A stretch of DNA of 64,000 nucleotides. Origin: Octopus vulgaris (taxonomy: Eukaryota). Under the pieces are notes generated by a model. It did no database searches, was not told the origin of the DNA, and saw only the letters and a program-made list of their open reading frames with translations. Of this stretch, positions 12,542-25,499 are shown in pieces. Position 1 is the stretch's first letter, and each line of letters begins with the position of its first letter. The position numbers and the translations under genes are program-made. Where the stretch lies: the NCBI GenBank assembly GCA_951406725.2, contig OX597820.1, positions 78,058,001-78,122,000 of the forward strand, in the 5' to 3' direction.

Positions 12542-12767
12542 GTACCACAAATATACAATTTTCGATCCGATTTATATTTGATGTATCATAACATATGACT
12601 GATAGGTACTTTATCGAAATCTGAAGGCTTAATGAGGTTGTAAACACCAACTTTCAGGAAATGTAACGCAAATTATATAGGAAGATAACTAATTCTGCAA
12701 GAATTCCCAGACAATCTGTCGATTCTGGCACTGAAATTCTTATAACTGCTAAAATTGATATCCTACA

Positions 12768-13999
12768 TATCAGGTTGAGTAAAAACAAAGCAACATTTTG
12801 AACCATGAAGAATCTGTACCGGATTTTAGCAGAGTCTTCAATATTTTTTAAACATTTCTTTTTGCAATTGTCTGACATTAGTGACATATATTTGCCCAAA
12901 TGTATCAATAAATTAACATTAATATTTTTTCACTGTTTGCTATTCAACTTAAAAAAAGAAGGTAATGCAACTGAAACTGCTCGCAATATCAACCAAACGT
13001 TTGGTGAGGAAATTACATATGTGTGGTCAGCACGAAAATTGTTTAAAATATTTCGCTGTCGAGACCTGAACCTTGAATATCGTGAGCGTAGTGGATGCCC
13101 ATCTGACATAGATGACAGTCAATTAAAGACCACCATTGAGAAAGATTCGCGTAAAACCACTCGAGAACTGACAAAAAAACTTTAAGTTTGTCAGTAAACC
13201 GCCTGCAACCATTTTCATGCGATCGGAAAATCAAAGAAACACGACGAATGGATACCACACGACTTGAATGAAAATCAGAAAATACGCAGATATGAAATCT
13301 GCTCGTCGCTTCTTCACCGTAATCAGATCGATTCATTTCTCAACTGTATTGTAACTTCGAATGAAAAGTGGATTCTGTACAATAATATAAAACGTTCTTC
13401 GCAGAGATTGGACCAAAATCAAACGGCCAAAATCTTCCCTAATCCGAGTTCTTCAGGAAGAAGATTAACGTGACTGTTTGGTGGTGTACTTCTGGACACA
13501 TCCATTATAACTTCTTAAAACCCAGAAGAACCATTACTGCAGAAACATACTGCCATGTAATTGCCAAAATAAACGAAAAACTGCTACTCCTCTGCCCCAG
13601 ACTGGTCAACAGAATAGGGCGAATCATTATTCATGACAATGCTCCAACACACTTTTCATTAATGACACTCTAGATGTTGAGACAACTTGGCTACGAAGTT
13701 CTTCCTCACCCAGCTTATTCCCCAGACCTTTCTCCTACCGACTATCACTTTTTCAAGCACCTTCATTTTTCTCTCCGATAGAAGGAGTCCAAACATCAAA
13801 CCTATGCTGAAAATGCGTTCAAAGAATTCATCAGTACTCGAACTCCAGATTTTATTTCAGCGAAATAAACAAACTTGTTTGCAAAAATGTGTTCCCTATA
13901 ATTTTACTTGTTTTGATGAATAAAATTTCCACATTGTTGAAACATATTGTGTTGAAATTAACGTTTCAAAACGTAGCTTAATTTATACTCTGCCTGATA
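12768..13999 (+). mobile_element. Decayed full-length mariner (DD34D) transposon
   Basis: Imperfect TIRs tatcaggttgagtaaaaac.. / ..tttatactctgcctgata. Peptides GNATETARNINQTFG, IVTSNEKWILYNN, IHDNAPTH, HPAYSPDLSPTDYHFF. Confidence 0.93.
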
Positions 14000-14019
14000 A
14001 ATATACTACATCAGATTTA

Positions 14020-14180
14020 ACGGAAGAGGTAGAGTCGATTTTATCAACCCATTACTCACTACTTAATTAGTATTTATTTCATCAACCCACCAGAAGAATG
14101 AAACGAAAATTGCCGGCATTTGATCGCAAGACATAAAGAGACATATCCGCTGCACAAACGATTCTGTCGATCCATTTCTA
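14020..14180 (-). mobile_element. SINE family B remnant
   Basis: gtcgattttatcaaccc..tatttatttcatcaaccc..gaatgaaa..ggcatttga; highly diverged. Confidence 0.5.
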
Positions 14181-14319
14181 TTAATGATGACAAGAGTAAT
14201 TCAGTGCTAATTAAGGATGATGTCGAAAATATTTTCGAGAATATTTTCGACAATTATTAATGTCTGTAGCGCGCAATCAAGATGGCTGCGGAAGTAAAAG
14301 TCGAAGAATTTCATTTTTC

Positions 14320-14630
14320 ATTTGCTTCAGTCATTAGACTGCGCCGAGGCTGAAGTAATATCTTGAAGAGTTCAGCTGAATAAATCAGACCCGGTGCTTC
14401 TTATTAAGTACCTATTATAATTGTATCTTTGACGTGTTGTCAAGCGATGGTTTGTGACAAACACACACATACATATACACACATATACACACATACAAAC
14501 ACACACACACACACGCGCACACACAAATGGCATTCGTCAACCCGTGTTGTCAAGGTCGCCGCACAGTCAGACTGAAATCGAGACCACATAGTCACAAGGC
14601 TAGCTTCTTAACCATACATTCACGCTTGCT
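14320..14630 (-). mobile_element. SINE family A remnant
   Basis: ttcagtcattagactgcg (tail), tgtcaagcgatgg, gactgaaatcgagaccacatagt..cttcttaaccatac (head). Confidence 0.6.
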
Positions 14631-15205
14631 ATATTTTCACCATATGTCTTAGCAATCTATTTCGAACACACTCATTTTCAATTCGTTTTATTTATTATCA
14701 ATATTGTTGTTTATTTCTTTTTGTTGTAGACCCAATGTCTGATTAGGTTTCTATTATTTTGTTCACAGAAAACCAGACATTGTATCAATCATTGGCTTCT
14801 AACGCACCAATAGAAATATTTCCAAGAACAGCGTATGGTGTTTCTTCTCCTATCTAGACACACATCTCAACAAAATGCTTATTGAATAATTTCTTGTTTG
14901 ATTTTCATAAATCTTTTGTAAATCTTATTTTGTATGGCAACTTAGCTTTCGTTGCTGTTTTGCTTTCAGAGGATGAGTTCTAAAACAAATTGTGAATATT
15001 CGAATTGTTAATTCGGTTAAATTGTAGTACGTCTGTCATGCTCGCAGGTTTCGGTCCGAGTCACACGGGCAGGCTTTCATCTTTTACTATCCAATGGATT
15101 TCATAACCAAATATTCCGCACGCTATCATATTTTTATCTACTTCGAGTTTTGCCTTTCTTTATAAAAATGGTAGAAGGCCACCCGTTAGACTAAAATGTC
15201 CATCT

Positions 15206-15610
15206 CTTGTGAACAAGACAAATGTGCTAGCATTACACCAGAGCAGTCCTTCGAGTTTTCTCAGTACGTTTCTTACCCCTTTTAGAGATGTTAGGTTCTT
15301 AAATGGCCAAAGAAAATTCGAAGGACTACTTTGGTCTGATGGCAGCACATCTCTCATGTTCACAGAGGTAGACCTTAGTCCCACGGTTAAGTGGCGAAAT
15401 ATTCTACATGCAAATATTGATACCTTTATGTATTTCGAATTCCACCATCAAAGCGATTTATTTCATATATCTTGAAGTTTATAATAAAAAAAATTATAAC
15501 GGGAAGATTATACAAATAAAAAAAACCGACTGAGAAAAATCGAAATTTCCTTTGAAAGAATGCTAACACAGGTATCTTGTTCACAGATGTGGGCTCCAAT
15601 CCCACAGGCA
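15206..15610. repeat. Three copies of a ~60-80 bp unit, one inverted (15206-15266) and two direct (15310-15388, 15528-15609)
   Basis: The reverse complement of tgtgaacaagacaaatgtgctagcattacaccagagcagtccttcgagttttct matches agaaaattcgaaggactactttggtctgatggcagcacatctctcatgttcaca and actgagaaaaatcgaaa..aatgctaacacaggtatcttgttcaca. Confidence 0.8.
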
Positions 15611-15937
15611 ACTTTCGACACGTTTTAATTCAAGAGAAGTGTGAAAGAAAATAAACCACATACTATTACTAATAGAGATATATACATCTAGTTCCATCGT
15701 TAAACAGTTTGTGTTTACGAATGTGTGTATGTGTATGTGTATGTGTGTGTGTGTGAGTGTGTGTGTGTGTGTATGTGTGAAATGAGAAAGGAAATATATG
15801 AAAATTGCTATGAAAATGATGAAATGAGCTTATGATTATGATGTCATTTGTCTTAAGTTATTCATGATTCCGTAATTAATAATGGTGGTATAATTTCATT
15901 AATGCATAACTAGCTAATGAAGATAATGTTATTGTTT

Positions 15938-15990
15938 CATATATATATATATATATATATATGCAGAGAGAGAGAGAGAGAGAGAGATAC

Positions 15991-16081
<91 letters not shown>

Positions 16082-16082
16082 T
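15938..16082. repeat. (TA)n/(GA)n/(GATA)n microsatellite
   Basis: Visible. Confidence 0.95.
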
Positions 16083-16718
16083 GCAGATAATACTTAATTG
16101 CTATTAACACTAATAAATGAGGCAAGAAGTGGAACATTCATATTGTTCAATGGAAATTTGCAATTAATGCAAACGTAATTGAGACGAAATGTAAACACAA
16201 TTTATTGACATTAATCATAGGTGTTTGTCTTTGTGTATGTGTGCGAGTGTGTAATCTAAATTGCTTACGTAATACCTTAAACTGGCTGCCTACATTTCGC
16301 TTAGGGCAATCTCCATATTTATCCACCTTTGTGCGAATTGTCTGGGACTACACTAATTTGATATTATCGGTTGAAGATTTCAAGTAATTTTAATACATTT
16401 TCATTGACAGATTTACCACTTGATGGGAAATCGAATTTGCTGTCCATGCAATATCATGCGTTTTGTTTCTCGTTCCTATGAGTCAAATGAAATTATAGCC
16501 ATATCGTAAACACATTATTACTAAACGCAAGGTCACAGTAAGGTCTTTCTCTCTTTTGGAATATTAGCTTTGATGAAATTGTAACTTTGAGCCTTCAGAT
16601 AAGGTAAGAAACCTCCAAGACTGTGTCCGTCATAAATTTGGAATACTGTTCCTGTTGTAGTTAGATGTATTATAACAACTATTAATTTTAACCAATAGAG
16701 TATTTCCTATTACTTTTT

Positions 16719-16769
<51 letters not shown>

Positions 16770-16880
16770 TGTGTGTATTGTGTGAGGGTGTCTTTAATGG
16801 TATATGTGTTCTTTCCTCAGCTCGAGGCTCTGTTCTTTCCCCTTCCCTCTTCCTTTTTTTTATTTTATGTATTTGTATTC

Positions 16881-16981
16881 ACTCTGATGAACCTCCATGT
16901 ACTAGATCTAATGACGAATTTTATTTTCGGAACTTTCTTTGTAGGCACCGAAAGACTTTGGTAGGCGAAACGATCGTAAGC
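16881..16981 (+). ncRNA. Type-I hammerhead motif with extended stem II
   Basis: ct-CTGATGA-acctcca..(long insert)..tggtaggc-GAAA-cgatcg-TA-ag; palindromic stem III ACGATCGT; stem I short. Confidence 0.65.
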
Positions 16982-17539
16982 AATGTTAAGTTTTGCATTA
17001 AAAAATTATAAATCGATGTTGGTCAATTTCTTTGTTGATCAAAAGTTTTCTCTATATGCAGAAATTAGATTAGTTAAAATATGTTTGAGAATATTGCAAC
17101 TGCTAAAGGCAAATGCACTGCAGTTACCGCGGAGAATATATCTCTCTTAACGTAAAAATGTGCTTATGCCTAAATATTGCATGGCGGTACCATTTCGTTA
17201 TTTTCTTCGATTGGGCGATCTACTAGCGCAAATCAGATATCATTATGTCTGAATTATATGTAAAGGTATGGTTATATAAGTTCTTTCAGAGTTACCTCTC
17301 TTACGTACATCTGATTGACAAGAGCTAAATGACTGAAACACCGATGTCTGGGATACCTGATAGATGGTGACACTGAAGGAACCGGGTGTTTTAACACTTT
17401 TTAACCATGGCAGATATATGTTTTCCACGGTAACTGCAATGTATTTGACTTTACCCGTTGGAATATGTTACAAACATATTTCAACTAAACTATATTCTGC
17501 TTATGTCTAAATACTGCTTAGGGCTGACACTTCGTTATA

Positions 17540-18813
17540 TATTGGATCATGCCATAAATAACGTGCTTTTTTTTCAATTGCATGAACCAAAAGTCGGCGG
17601 AAAAACTGGATAAACTACCGGCATCAAAATGCTATAAAAGTAGGTAGTAATTTTACCTTGTACTTATTCTTAGTGCAAGTTTTGAAGAATGCAGTTCGAT
17701 TTTAATATTTATTTTTTCAAAGTTATAATGGAAACGACAAAGAAGCATATTGGGCATATTTTGCCTTATGAGTTCAATAAAGGCAACAACGCAACGGAAA
17801 GCGTGAGGAATGCTACTTCAGTATATGGGGATACTAGAAGCGTAAGCTAATGTCAAGAGTGATTCCAGAAATTCCGAGCAAGAAACTACAGACCAGAAGA
17901 CGAACTTCGTCCTGGAAGATCTGTAGACATCGACGAGGACGTCCTGCAAATCCTGGTGGCACGAAATCCTATCATAACTGCTGAGAAACTAACAGAAAAG
18001 CTGGAATTTGGTCATTCAGTCATCCATCGACATCCGCGTGCCATCAGAAAAGTCAAGAATTTGGGTCAATGAGATCCTCACAAACTTGCCGAGAGCGAAT
18101 GTGTGCAATTCTTTGCTATCACGTTTCACAATTGAACCTTATTTTGGACCGAATAGCGACTAGTGACGAGGAATGGGTTCTCTATAAAAATGTCAAGCGC
18201 CGAAGACAGTGGGTAGGGAAAGGAGAAACACCAGCACCCCAAGCTAAAGAAGGTCTTCACCCACGTAAGGTGTTGCTATAGCTTTGGTGGATATGAAACG
18301 TTTAGTCCAATTTGAACTGTTAAACCCAAACTAAACGATAACAAAGGAAAGCTACAGTGAGCAGCTTGAGCGGCTTACTTAAATCAGCGCTAGAAAGAAA
18401 ACAACCATCATTGGTTTCAAGACGAAAGGTGTTTTTCCATAAGGATAATGCTCGGCCACATACAGCGAGGATGACATTCAAAGACTGGAGCAGTGTGAAT
18501 GGGAAACGATGCACCCCCACCCCATATACGCCCGACATTGCGCCATCTGATTATCATTTAATCCACAGTCTTCAAAATCATTTGGACGGAAACAACATTA
18601 ATTCTGTAGACGACGTCAAAACACTACGCCAGTATGTTTCGCCACAGACAAGTGAATTTTAGAAGTGGGGCCTTGCAAGTCTACCAGAGGGCTGGAAGAG
18701 CATTGTAGAAACTGAGGGACAGTATATTTTAGATTAAAAATGAACTTTGTTTGTCGTAATTCTGAAAATGAAAGAAGTATAAAAAAACACATTATGTATG
18801 GGTTCCCCCAATA
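17540..18813 (+). mobile_element. Decayed full-length mariner (DD34D) transposon, second family
   Basis: TIRs tattggatcatgccataaataacgtg / cacattatgtatgggttcccccaata. ATG at ~17728 (METTKKHIGHILPYEFNKG); IATSDEEWVLY, FHKDNARPH, PYTPDIAPSDYHL. Confidence 0.93.
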
Positions 18814-18815
18814 TG

Positions 18816-18847
<32 letters not shown>

Positions 18848-19147
18848 TGTACGTATGCATGTATGTATATATATATATGTATGTATATATAAAATATCCT
18901 TAAACTTAATATTCATATCCTCGAAAATATATGTTAATACGACGTTATCAAGGCTTTCGAAAATTATTGAAATTCCAACAAATTTTTGATTGTCTCGATA
19001 AACTTGTATTAACATATATTTCCAAGAATAGCAACATTAATTTTAATGATATTTATGTGTGTGTGTGCGTTTGAATGTATGTATCTATGTATGTATATAT
19101 ATATATCTATACTTATATATGTGTATATATATATATACACACATATA

Positions 19148-19537
19148 TCGTGGGTAAGGCCAAAACAATGAGAAGTAAATGCAAGGTAAATCACAAGAAA
19201 ACATATATGTTAATTAAACGTAGACTTACCTGGTATTCAATAATTTAGGGTTATGACCCCTTGCGATGAGACTCGGAAAGTTGGTGAGGATCCCATTCAC
19301 CTAATTTCCTGACTTTTCCGGTGGCATGCAGATGTCGATAGATGGTTGAAAGACCGACCTACGTCAATTTCTTGAAAATGGGCTCATAACCCCGAAATAT
19401 TGAACACAAGGTAAGTCTACATTGATTCATATATTTGTTTTCTTGTGATTTACCTAGTATTTTCTTCGCATTGTTTTGGCCTTACCCACGATCCTTTATA
19501 CAATATATTCTACGCAATGCTCCATAGTAGTTATTCC

Positions 19538-19545
<8 letters not shown>
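19148..19545 (+). mobile_element. PLE-type short element: inverted 3' copy (19148-19260) plus direct unit with hammerhead
   Basis: ~110-bp arms 19148-19260 / 19380-19492; flanked by TA-rich tracts. Confidence 0.75.
19369..19404 (+). ncRNA. Minimal hammerhead motif, U3:A8 variant with 9b insertion
   Basis: ttc-TTGAAAA-t-gggc-tcataa-cccc-GAAA-ta-TT-gaa; the inverted arm supplies gggg for stem II; palindrome AATATT. Confidence 0.62.
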
Positions 19546-19586
<41 letters not shown>

Positions 19587-19696
19587 ATATATATATGTAA
19601 TCAAAAATAAGGGTGAAAAAATTGGATATTAATTTAATAACACCAATTTAACACCAAGTGGTTTAACGCATAAAAACTGGGATTCAGTAAATATTA

Positions 19697-20036
19697 ATAC
19701 ACAAATATAAGAGAGAATCCACTATGTGGACGCTCTTGCGCTAAAAATAGATTCGCAATGGTCTCAACCACCAAGAATTGTTCTCAAGAAAAAATTAGCA
19801 CAACTATGAACGTAAGCGAGCAGGACAAAAATGTAGATTAACCCTAGACAATTGCTTCACTTAACAGTGAAACAATTGTCTAGGTTTAATCTACATTTTT
19901 GTTATTTTCATTTGTCCTGCTCTCTTACGTTCATAGTTGTGCTAATTTTCCTTGAGAACAATTCTTGGTGGTTGAGACCATTGCGGATCTATTTTTAGCG
20001 CAAGAGCGTCCACATAGTGGATTCTCTCTTATATTC

Positions 20037-20044
<8 letters not shown>
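19697..20044. repeat. ~165-bp-arm palindrome centred on the 3' half of a hammerhead
   Basis: Near-identical arms (one ~13-nt indel) around loop taac (19862-19865); the right arm starts agt-GAAA-caattg-TC-tagg. Confidence 0.9.
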
Positions 20045-20084
<40 letters not shown>

Positions 20085-20086
20085 GT

Positions 20087-20123
<37 letters not shown>

Positions 20124-20465
20124 TATATTTGCATGTACATATGTATATATATGTGTGTGTGTATGTGTGTGTCTGTGTGTGTATGTGTTAATGTAACAGA
20201 AACAATAGACGGCTTTATAAGGTGAGAGCTATAACAAAGATATAATTTTCTCTGTACGTATTTTTTGTTATTGAATTGTCTGAATTCCTCGACATTCCGC
20301 ATAAAATAATTCGAATTCCTCGTCATGAGCGAGAATTTACCCGGGATATATTCTACTTATTTTCACTGTTATCTAAATGTTGAACATTTATAACCAAATT
20401 CTTTTAATACTGAACCCTTTATTGCTATCTCCCAGGATTTTTCAATCCCATCCTTTCCCCCCCCC

Positions 20466-20519
<54 letters not shown>

Positions 20520-20949
20520 GTAACTCAGTCTTAATGTGCAATCCAGAAAACCACACTCAAAACTATGAATTTATGTTGTTCTTTAAATGTTTAAAATCAA
20601 ACTTCTCTAATTGTATATTTAACCAGCATAAGTGTATGGAATTACGTATGTATAGATATATAAAGATATAGGTAGAACGATAAATAGATCGATAGATATA
20701 CATATATTATGATGAAATATACAGATACATCACATGCACTATCGAACATTGGAGAAGAGAAACAATATCTTCCAATGTTTCCCCTGACGGCTTCTGGAAT
20801 ATTCTGGAAGGCTTTCGCTTAAATAAAACTAAGAAATTCATTTATTATGCACACTAACATGTTTGATATGAAATATATATGAGAAGACATCTAAAAAATA
20901 ATTTGTAAGAAGACTTGAATTTTTAACTCTTCATCTCCATTTATCTTTT

Positions 20950-21450
20950 TATCTCCATTTATTTCAGTAACTATTACCCATCTCTCATTTCATAATTTTG
21001 TTGTCAGAATCACGTTTCTTACAAGTAAGTCCAAAAGAGTTCGTAACTCGGCCCCTTTTGAAAAGTCTCACGTCTCTTATTACTCAAATTTGTTCGAACG
21101 TATTCATTTTAGTCTATTCATAATTCCCTATTCATAATAACCCTACCCTTTCTCCTCCTGATGTTTCTTCTATAATAATAATTTCCTTTCATTAAACATA
21201 TACGGGATCCCACGATTCGCAACTGACTTACATTTCTGTTGGTTTCAAACCTCGATATAGCAACTGAAACCATAACCACTTCCAAACAACCGTTTTCTTA
21301 AGAATAGACACAAACAATTTGTACATTTGTTGCAAGTCATTATCACTGCAGTACTTTATCGGAGCCAAACATATATCGTCTCACTTTATTTTGTTATATT
21401 TTACAACTCTATAATGGTACAATCACATTGTCGCCTTCATGTTTAGCCAA
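20950..21450 (-). pseudogene. Highly decayed Penelope-like element ORF remnant (N-terminal KGP-Y region)
   Basis: Minus strand gives SCESWDPVYV and, across frameshifts, FQKGPSYEL. This resembles the CxC..LRxLxxKGPKYRE block recalled from PLE ORFs. Confidence 0.35.
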
Positions 21451-21731
21451 ATTCTCATTTGTCTTACTACTATATAATAACAAAATCTAAATTAACCGGG
21501 GTGTATACTTTTTATTTTTCAACTGACGTTATTAACTTCTTCTACATCTTTGTTATTTTTTTCATTTTTACACCCTTCAGTATATTTGGTTTATCTTTAT
21601 ATTTTACCTTATTTATCCTCTCAACGAATACTTCAGAATATTTCCAAATATTTTATTTCAAATTTTTCCCTTTCATGAATAAGTCCAATTTACTTCTCAT
21701 TAACTTTTTCATATACATGAATTGTTACAAT

Positions 21732-21775
<44 letters not shown>

Positions 21776-21807
21776 TATCATCACCATCATCATCATCATC
21801 ATTATCA

Positions 21808-21874
<67 letters not shown>

Positions 21875-21895
21875 CATCATCATCATCATTATCAT
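21732..21895. repeat. (CAT)n/(TAT)n trinucleotide microsatellite
   Basis: Visible; source of the poly-H/Y/I ORFs. Confidence 0.95.
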
Positions 21896-22686
21896 CCAAA
21901 TTCACATATTTTCAGGCATCCTGTTTATTTTACAAATATGAAAATAACCACAAATGTTCTTTATATATCAGTTCATTAAATTACACTCCCGACATTTCAA
22001 CAAAATGCTTTTATTTCATCTCCTAATTTCACCCTTCTGTCCGCCGTTCTCTCCATTAACTCCAATTTACAAATATTTCGGTCTCCAAATATTTCCGCGG
22101 TTAATATTTCGAATCTCTAGAATTCAGTTTTAACAAATGCAGAAACAACATTAATTACAAAAAGACGTTACATATTGGATGAACCCCAGACACAGTTCAG
22201 AAAACTCACTATGTTTCACCTCGTTTTCTGTCGTTTAATTAAAGCTTGCAAGGTCCACTAAATTGTATTACCTTCAGCCTCTAGGTATTATTGCAACGAC
22301 ACTGACGACCATGCATTTATAATTTCCATTGCAACAAATGACGTATGATTTTGATGTAATTTTAATCGTCTTTGAAATATTTAAAACGTTACAAACAATG
22401 AATTTCCGTGTATCAAATATATTCCACTGATCTGTTACAAAAATGTCGCACATGGCTTAGAGATCATAATCTACTAAGGTTAAAATGTTTAATAAATCTC
22501 TCTGTCGTTTTTCTCTTATAAATTAAAAAAAAAGACATCTGTTCAGTTCACTTTCGTATTTTCGTATCGATGTGCTTTGAGACACCATGTTATATAGTAA
22601 CGTTAAGAAATAAGGAAATTAAAAAATGTAAATAAACATAATCGTTTTGTGTGTGTTCAAAAATGTCTGATCTATGATGTATTCAA

Positions 22687-22747
<61 letters not shown>

Positions 22748-22779
22748 CATGTGTATGGATGTATATATATATTTTTTTT

Positions 22780-23730
22780 TTTATCTGGTTTCAGCTCATA
22801 AGCTGTGGCCATGCTGGGGCACCGCTATTCGGTGTTGCTACATGATTTTACTTCACCAATGCTTTTTATCAATTGACATTTGGTGTATGAGAGAGTTTGA
22901 TGCAGCTGCCCTCATCTGCACCTCCTGCCGTGAAGTTGGTTCATCTGGGACACCTGAGAGGAAGAGATCTAGTTTTATTTTAAAGACATCTGCCTCCACC
23001 CCATGCAGGTCTCTTAGGTTCTTCGGGAGGATATTAAAGAGCTGTGGTCCTCTGAAGCCCAGGCTATCACAGTATCTTGTCCTACATCTTGATGGCAAAT
23101 TTGGAGTCCTTGGCACTATGCAGTGGCGCCCAGTTCTAGTATTTGTGTAACCCTCGATGCCAAAGTTTGGGACAAGTCCTTCCAGTATCTTCCAGATGTA
23201 TATTATGGCATCTCTTTCTCGCCTACGCTCTAAGGAATAGAGTCTCAATCTCTTGAGTCTTTCCCAATAGCTTATATGCTGCACAAAGGCTATCTTCTTC
23301 GTGTAGCTTCGTTGGATCGCCTCCAGTTCTGTGATTACTTTGACACTGGTTGGTGACCATAGCTAAGAGCAATAGACAAAGTGGCTTAGGACAAGTGTCC
23401 TCCAAAGGACCATCATGGTTTCCTGGTCTCTTGTTCTAAAAGGTCTAAGAATCCATCCAGTAAGCCGCCTACATTTCATTGCCAATTTAGCCACATGCAC
23501 ATGAAAGTTTGCATCATTATTCATGTAAATACCCAGGTCTCGCACTGATTGTGCCTCTGGGATTGCAATCCCTCCAGGTCCAGTGTATTTATTGGGTATT
23601 GCATTTAGTTTTGCATGCTGATAGCATAAAACGTTAAACTTTTCAGCATTGAACTGCATGCTATTCTTTTCAGCTGACTTGTATATTTTGTCCAGGTCAC
23701 ATTGCAGGTGCATAGTGTCTTCAGGGTTTA
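22780..23730 (-). mobile_element. 5'-truncated CR1-clade LINE (RT C-terminus plus 3' tail)
   Basis: LQCDLDKIY..MQFNAEKF, VRDLGI, LYSLERRRER..WKIL, LDLFLSGVPDEP; tail gcggtgccccagcatggccacagcttatgagctgaaac. Confidence 0.92.
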
Positions 23731-23817
23731 TATACATATATGTATGTATGTATCGATTTTCGTTTTGGAATTTGGGTTGCAAGATTCTTTATGTGAGTTC
23801 GTATGTCGAAACATATT

Positions 23818-24001
23818 CTGTTGTGTCTGGGGAGAGTCATTTTCTTGTGCCTTATAATTTAACACATTCACCGGTAAAATTCCCACTTATTTCTGTTTTT
23901 TATTTTCCTAAAAGAAGTTTCAAAATGCAACGAAACTTTTACCGGTGAATGTGTTAAATTATAAGACACAACTAGAAAATGACCCTCCTCAGACACAACA
24001 G
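23818..24001. repeat. Head-to-head inverted repeat (~62-bp arms 23818-23879 / 23937-24001)
   Basis: ctgttgtgtctgg..ttataatttaacacattcaccggtaaaa vs ttttaccggtgaatgtgttaaattataag..cagacacaacag. Confidence 0.85.
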
Positions 24002-25499
24002 TGTATATATATATATATATTATACCTTATATCTAAGTATCATATTCCTCGGCTTCGAGCTATACGTTAAAACGCATACATACCATCTTCACATCATATA
24101 TAGCAAAATAAAACATACGCTGGTGACGTCTAACAAGGTATATGATGTCACTGATGTACTTTAATGTTGTTTTAATAGAGAAAGTAAAACTATGCTGTCT
24201 CCAGAAGTCATTATGTGTCCTGATTTCCTCTGCATTATCAGTGTAATCTCGTTTATTATGTTATCTATCCTATATTTATACACCAACGCAAAACGTTCTG
24301 TCTGCTAATCAACAATAATTCGATACAAGACAAGGCAGATGTCTCATGAATGTTTTCCATTGAGTTTCATGCTTCGTTCAGTTGCCTAATTTACTGGAAA
24401 ATGTACATCATTGCTAAAAATTCCCAAACTGGTTTCATAATCTAAAATCAATTGCTATTCTTTACAATTAGTATTCTTACGTTTAAGCTTACTTTCTCCA
24501 TTAACATGTTTACTGAAATGTTCCATAAGCAAATTTAATAGATAATTTACTCATCATAACAGCTTTGTTACTATACAGAGTGTAGAACAACAATTCACGT
24601 ATACTTGCGACAAACCCGGTGCCGTATGTTATTCCAGACTGAGAAGTGTCCATTGCTGTTTGTAGATACGTTTCCTAGTAATATCTGCAATATAATGTAA
24701 ATGAAATTTGTTTGATTATAAGGCATAGGGTCGCTGTTTCACGCGAAAAACCCTTGAGCATGTCTGTGGTCGAAATTTGGTCCAGTACAAATATCCGTTT
24801 CATTATTAATCGCCATGTAATCATCGATTTTACTTTATATAAGCTTACTTTACTTTATGTGGATAAACTGGAATTTAACGGAGATTTTCTTGATGTTATG
24901 TGAAGTAGAGATGAGAAATAATCTCATTAGATGTTTCGATAAGCCGAAGAAAGTGCCCAAAGGTGAATGCAAATGAATATTGAAATTCGAACAAGATAAA
25001 TACGCGTGAAATGAATAGTTGCAAATTTTCATAAAGATTATGGAGATCCTTCTGAAAGGATTAGTAAGAGTTATATAATGTTAGCGTGTGGAAGATATAG
25101 AGATGTTGAAACTCATATTCCTAGGAGCTAAAATATGTATATTAAGATACAAGTGGCAGAGAATATACATGAGTAATCGATGGACTAAATACACAAGAGA
25201 TTTCATAATTGTAAGTTTGCTTTTGCGATACAACTAAAGTTCATTAACAATGCATATGTTTGGTGATATTCCTATTCATGAATATCACAGGCTGTTGTAA
25301 AATATGCAGTTTCATACTGAAGCAGTGTTAGTAAATATGTATAGTATTTGAGGAAGTAGGAACTAACTTTAGGATGCTTCCATGTAACGTTGGACAATTC
25401 GATTCCATGATTCCACTGATAGAACGGGAAAAACAAAATTAGCCCTAGCTTGTCAATGCAAAGTCATGTTGTATATTTTGAGATTGTTTCCTTTCAGGA

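Noticed and set aside
12805-13923. SETMAR-like domesticated transposase gene
   Set aside because: Multiple stops and frameshifts, TIRs present and no SET exon; an ordinary dead mariner (also 17540-18813).
20255-20335. Minus-strand ATGACGA..TACGTA possible decayed long hammerhead
   Set aside because: Both core halves are mutated and the stems are ambiguous.
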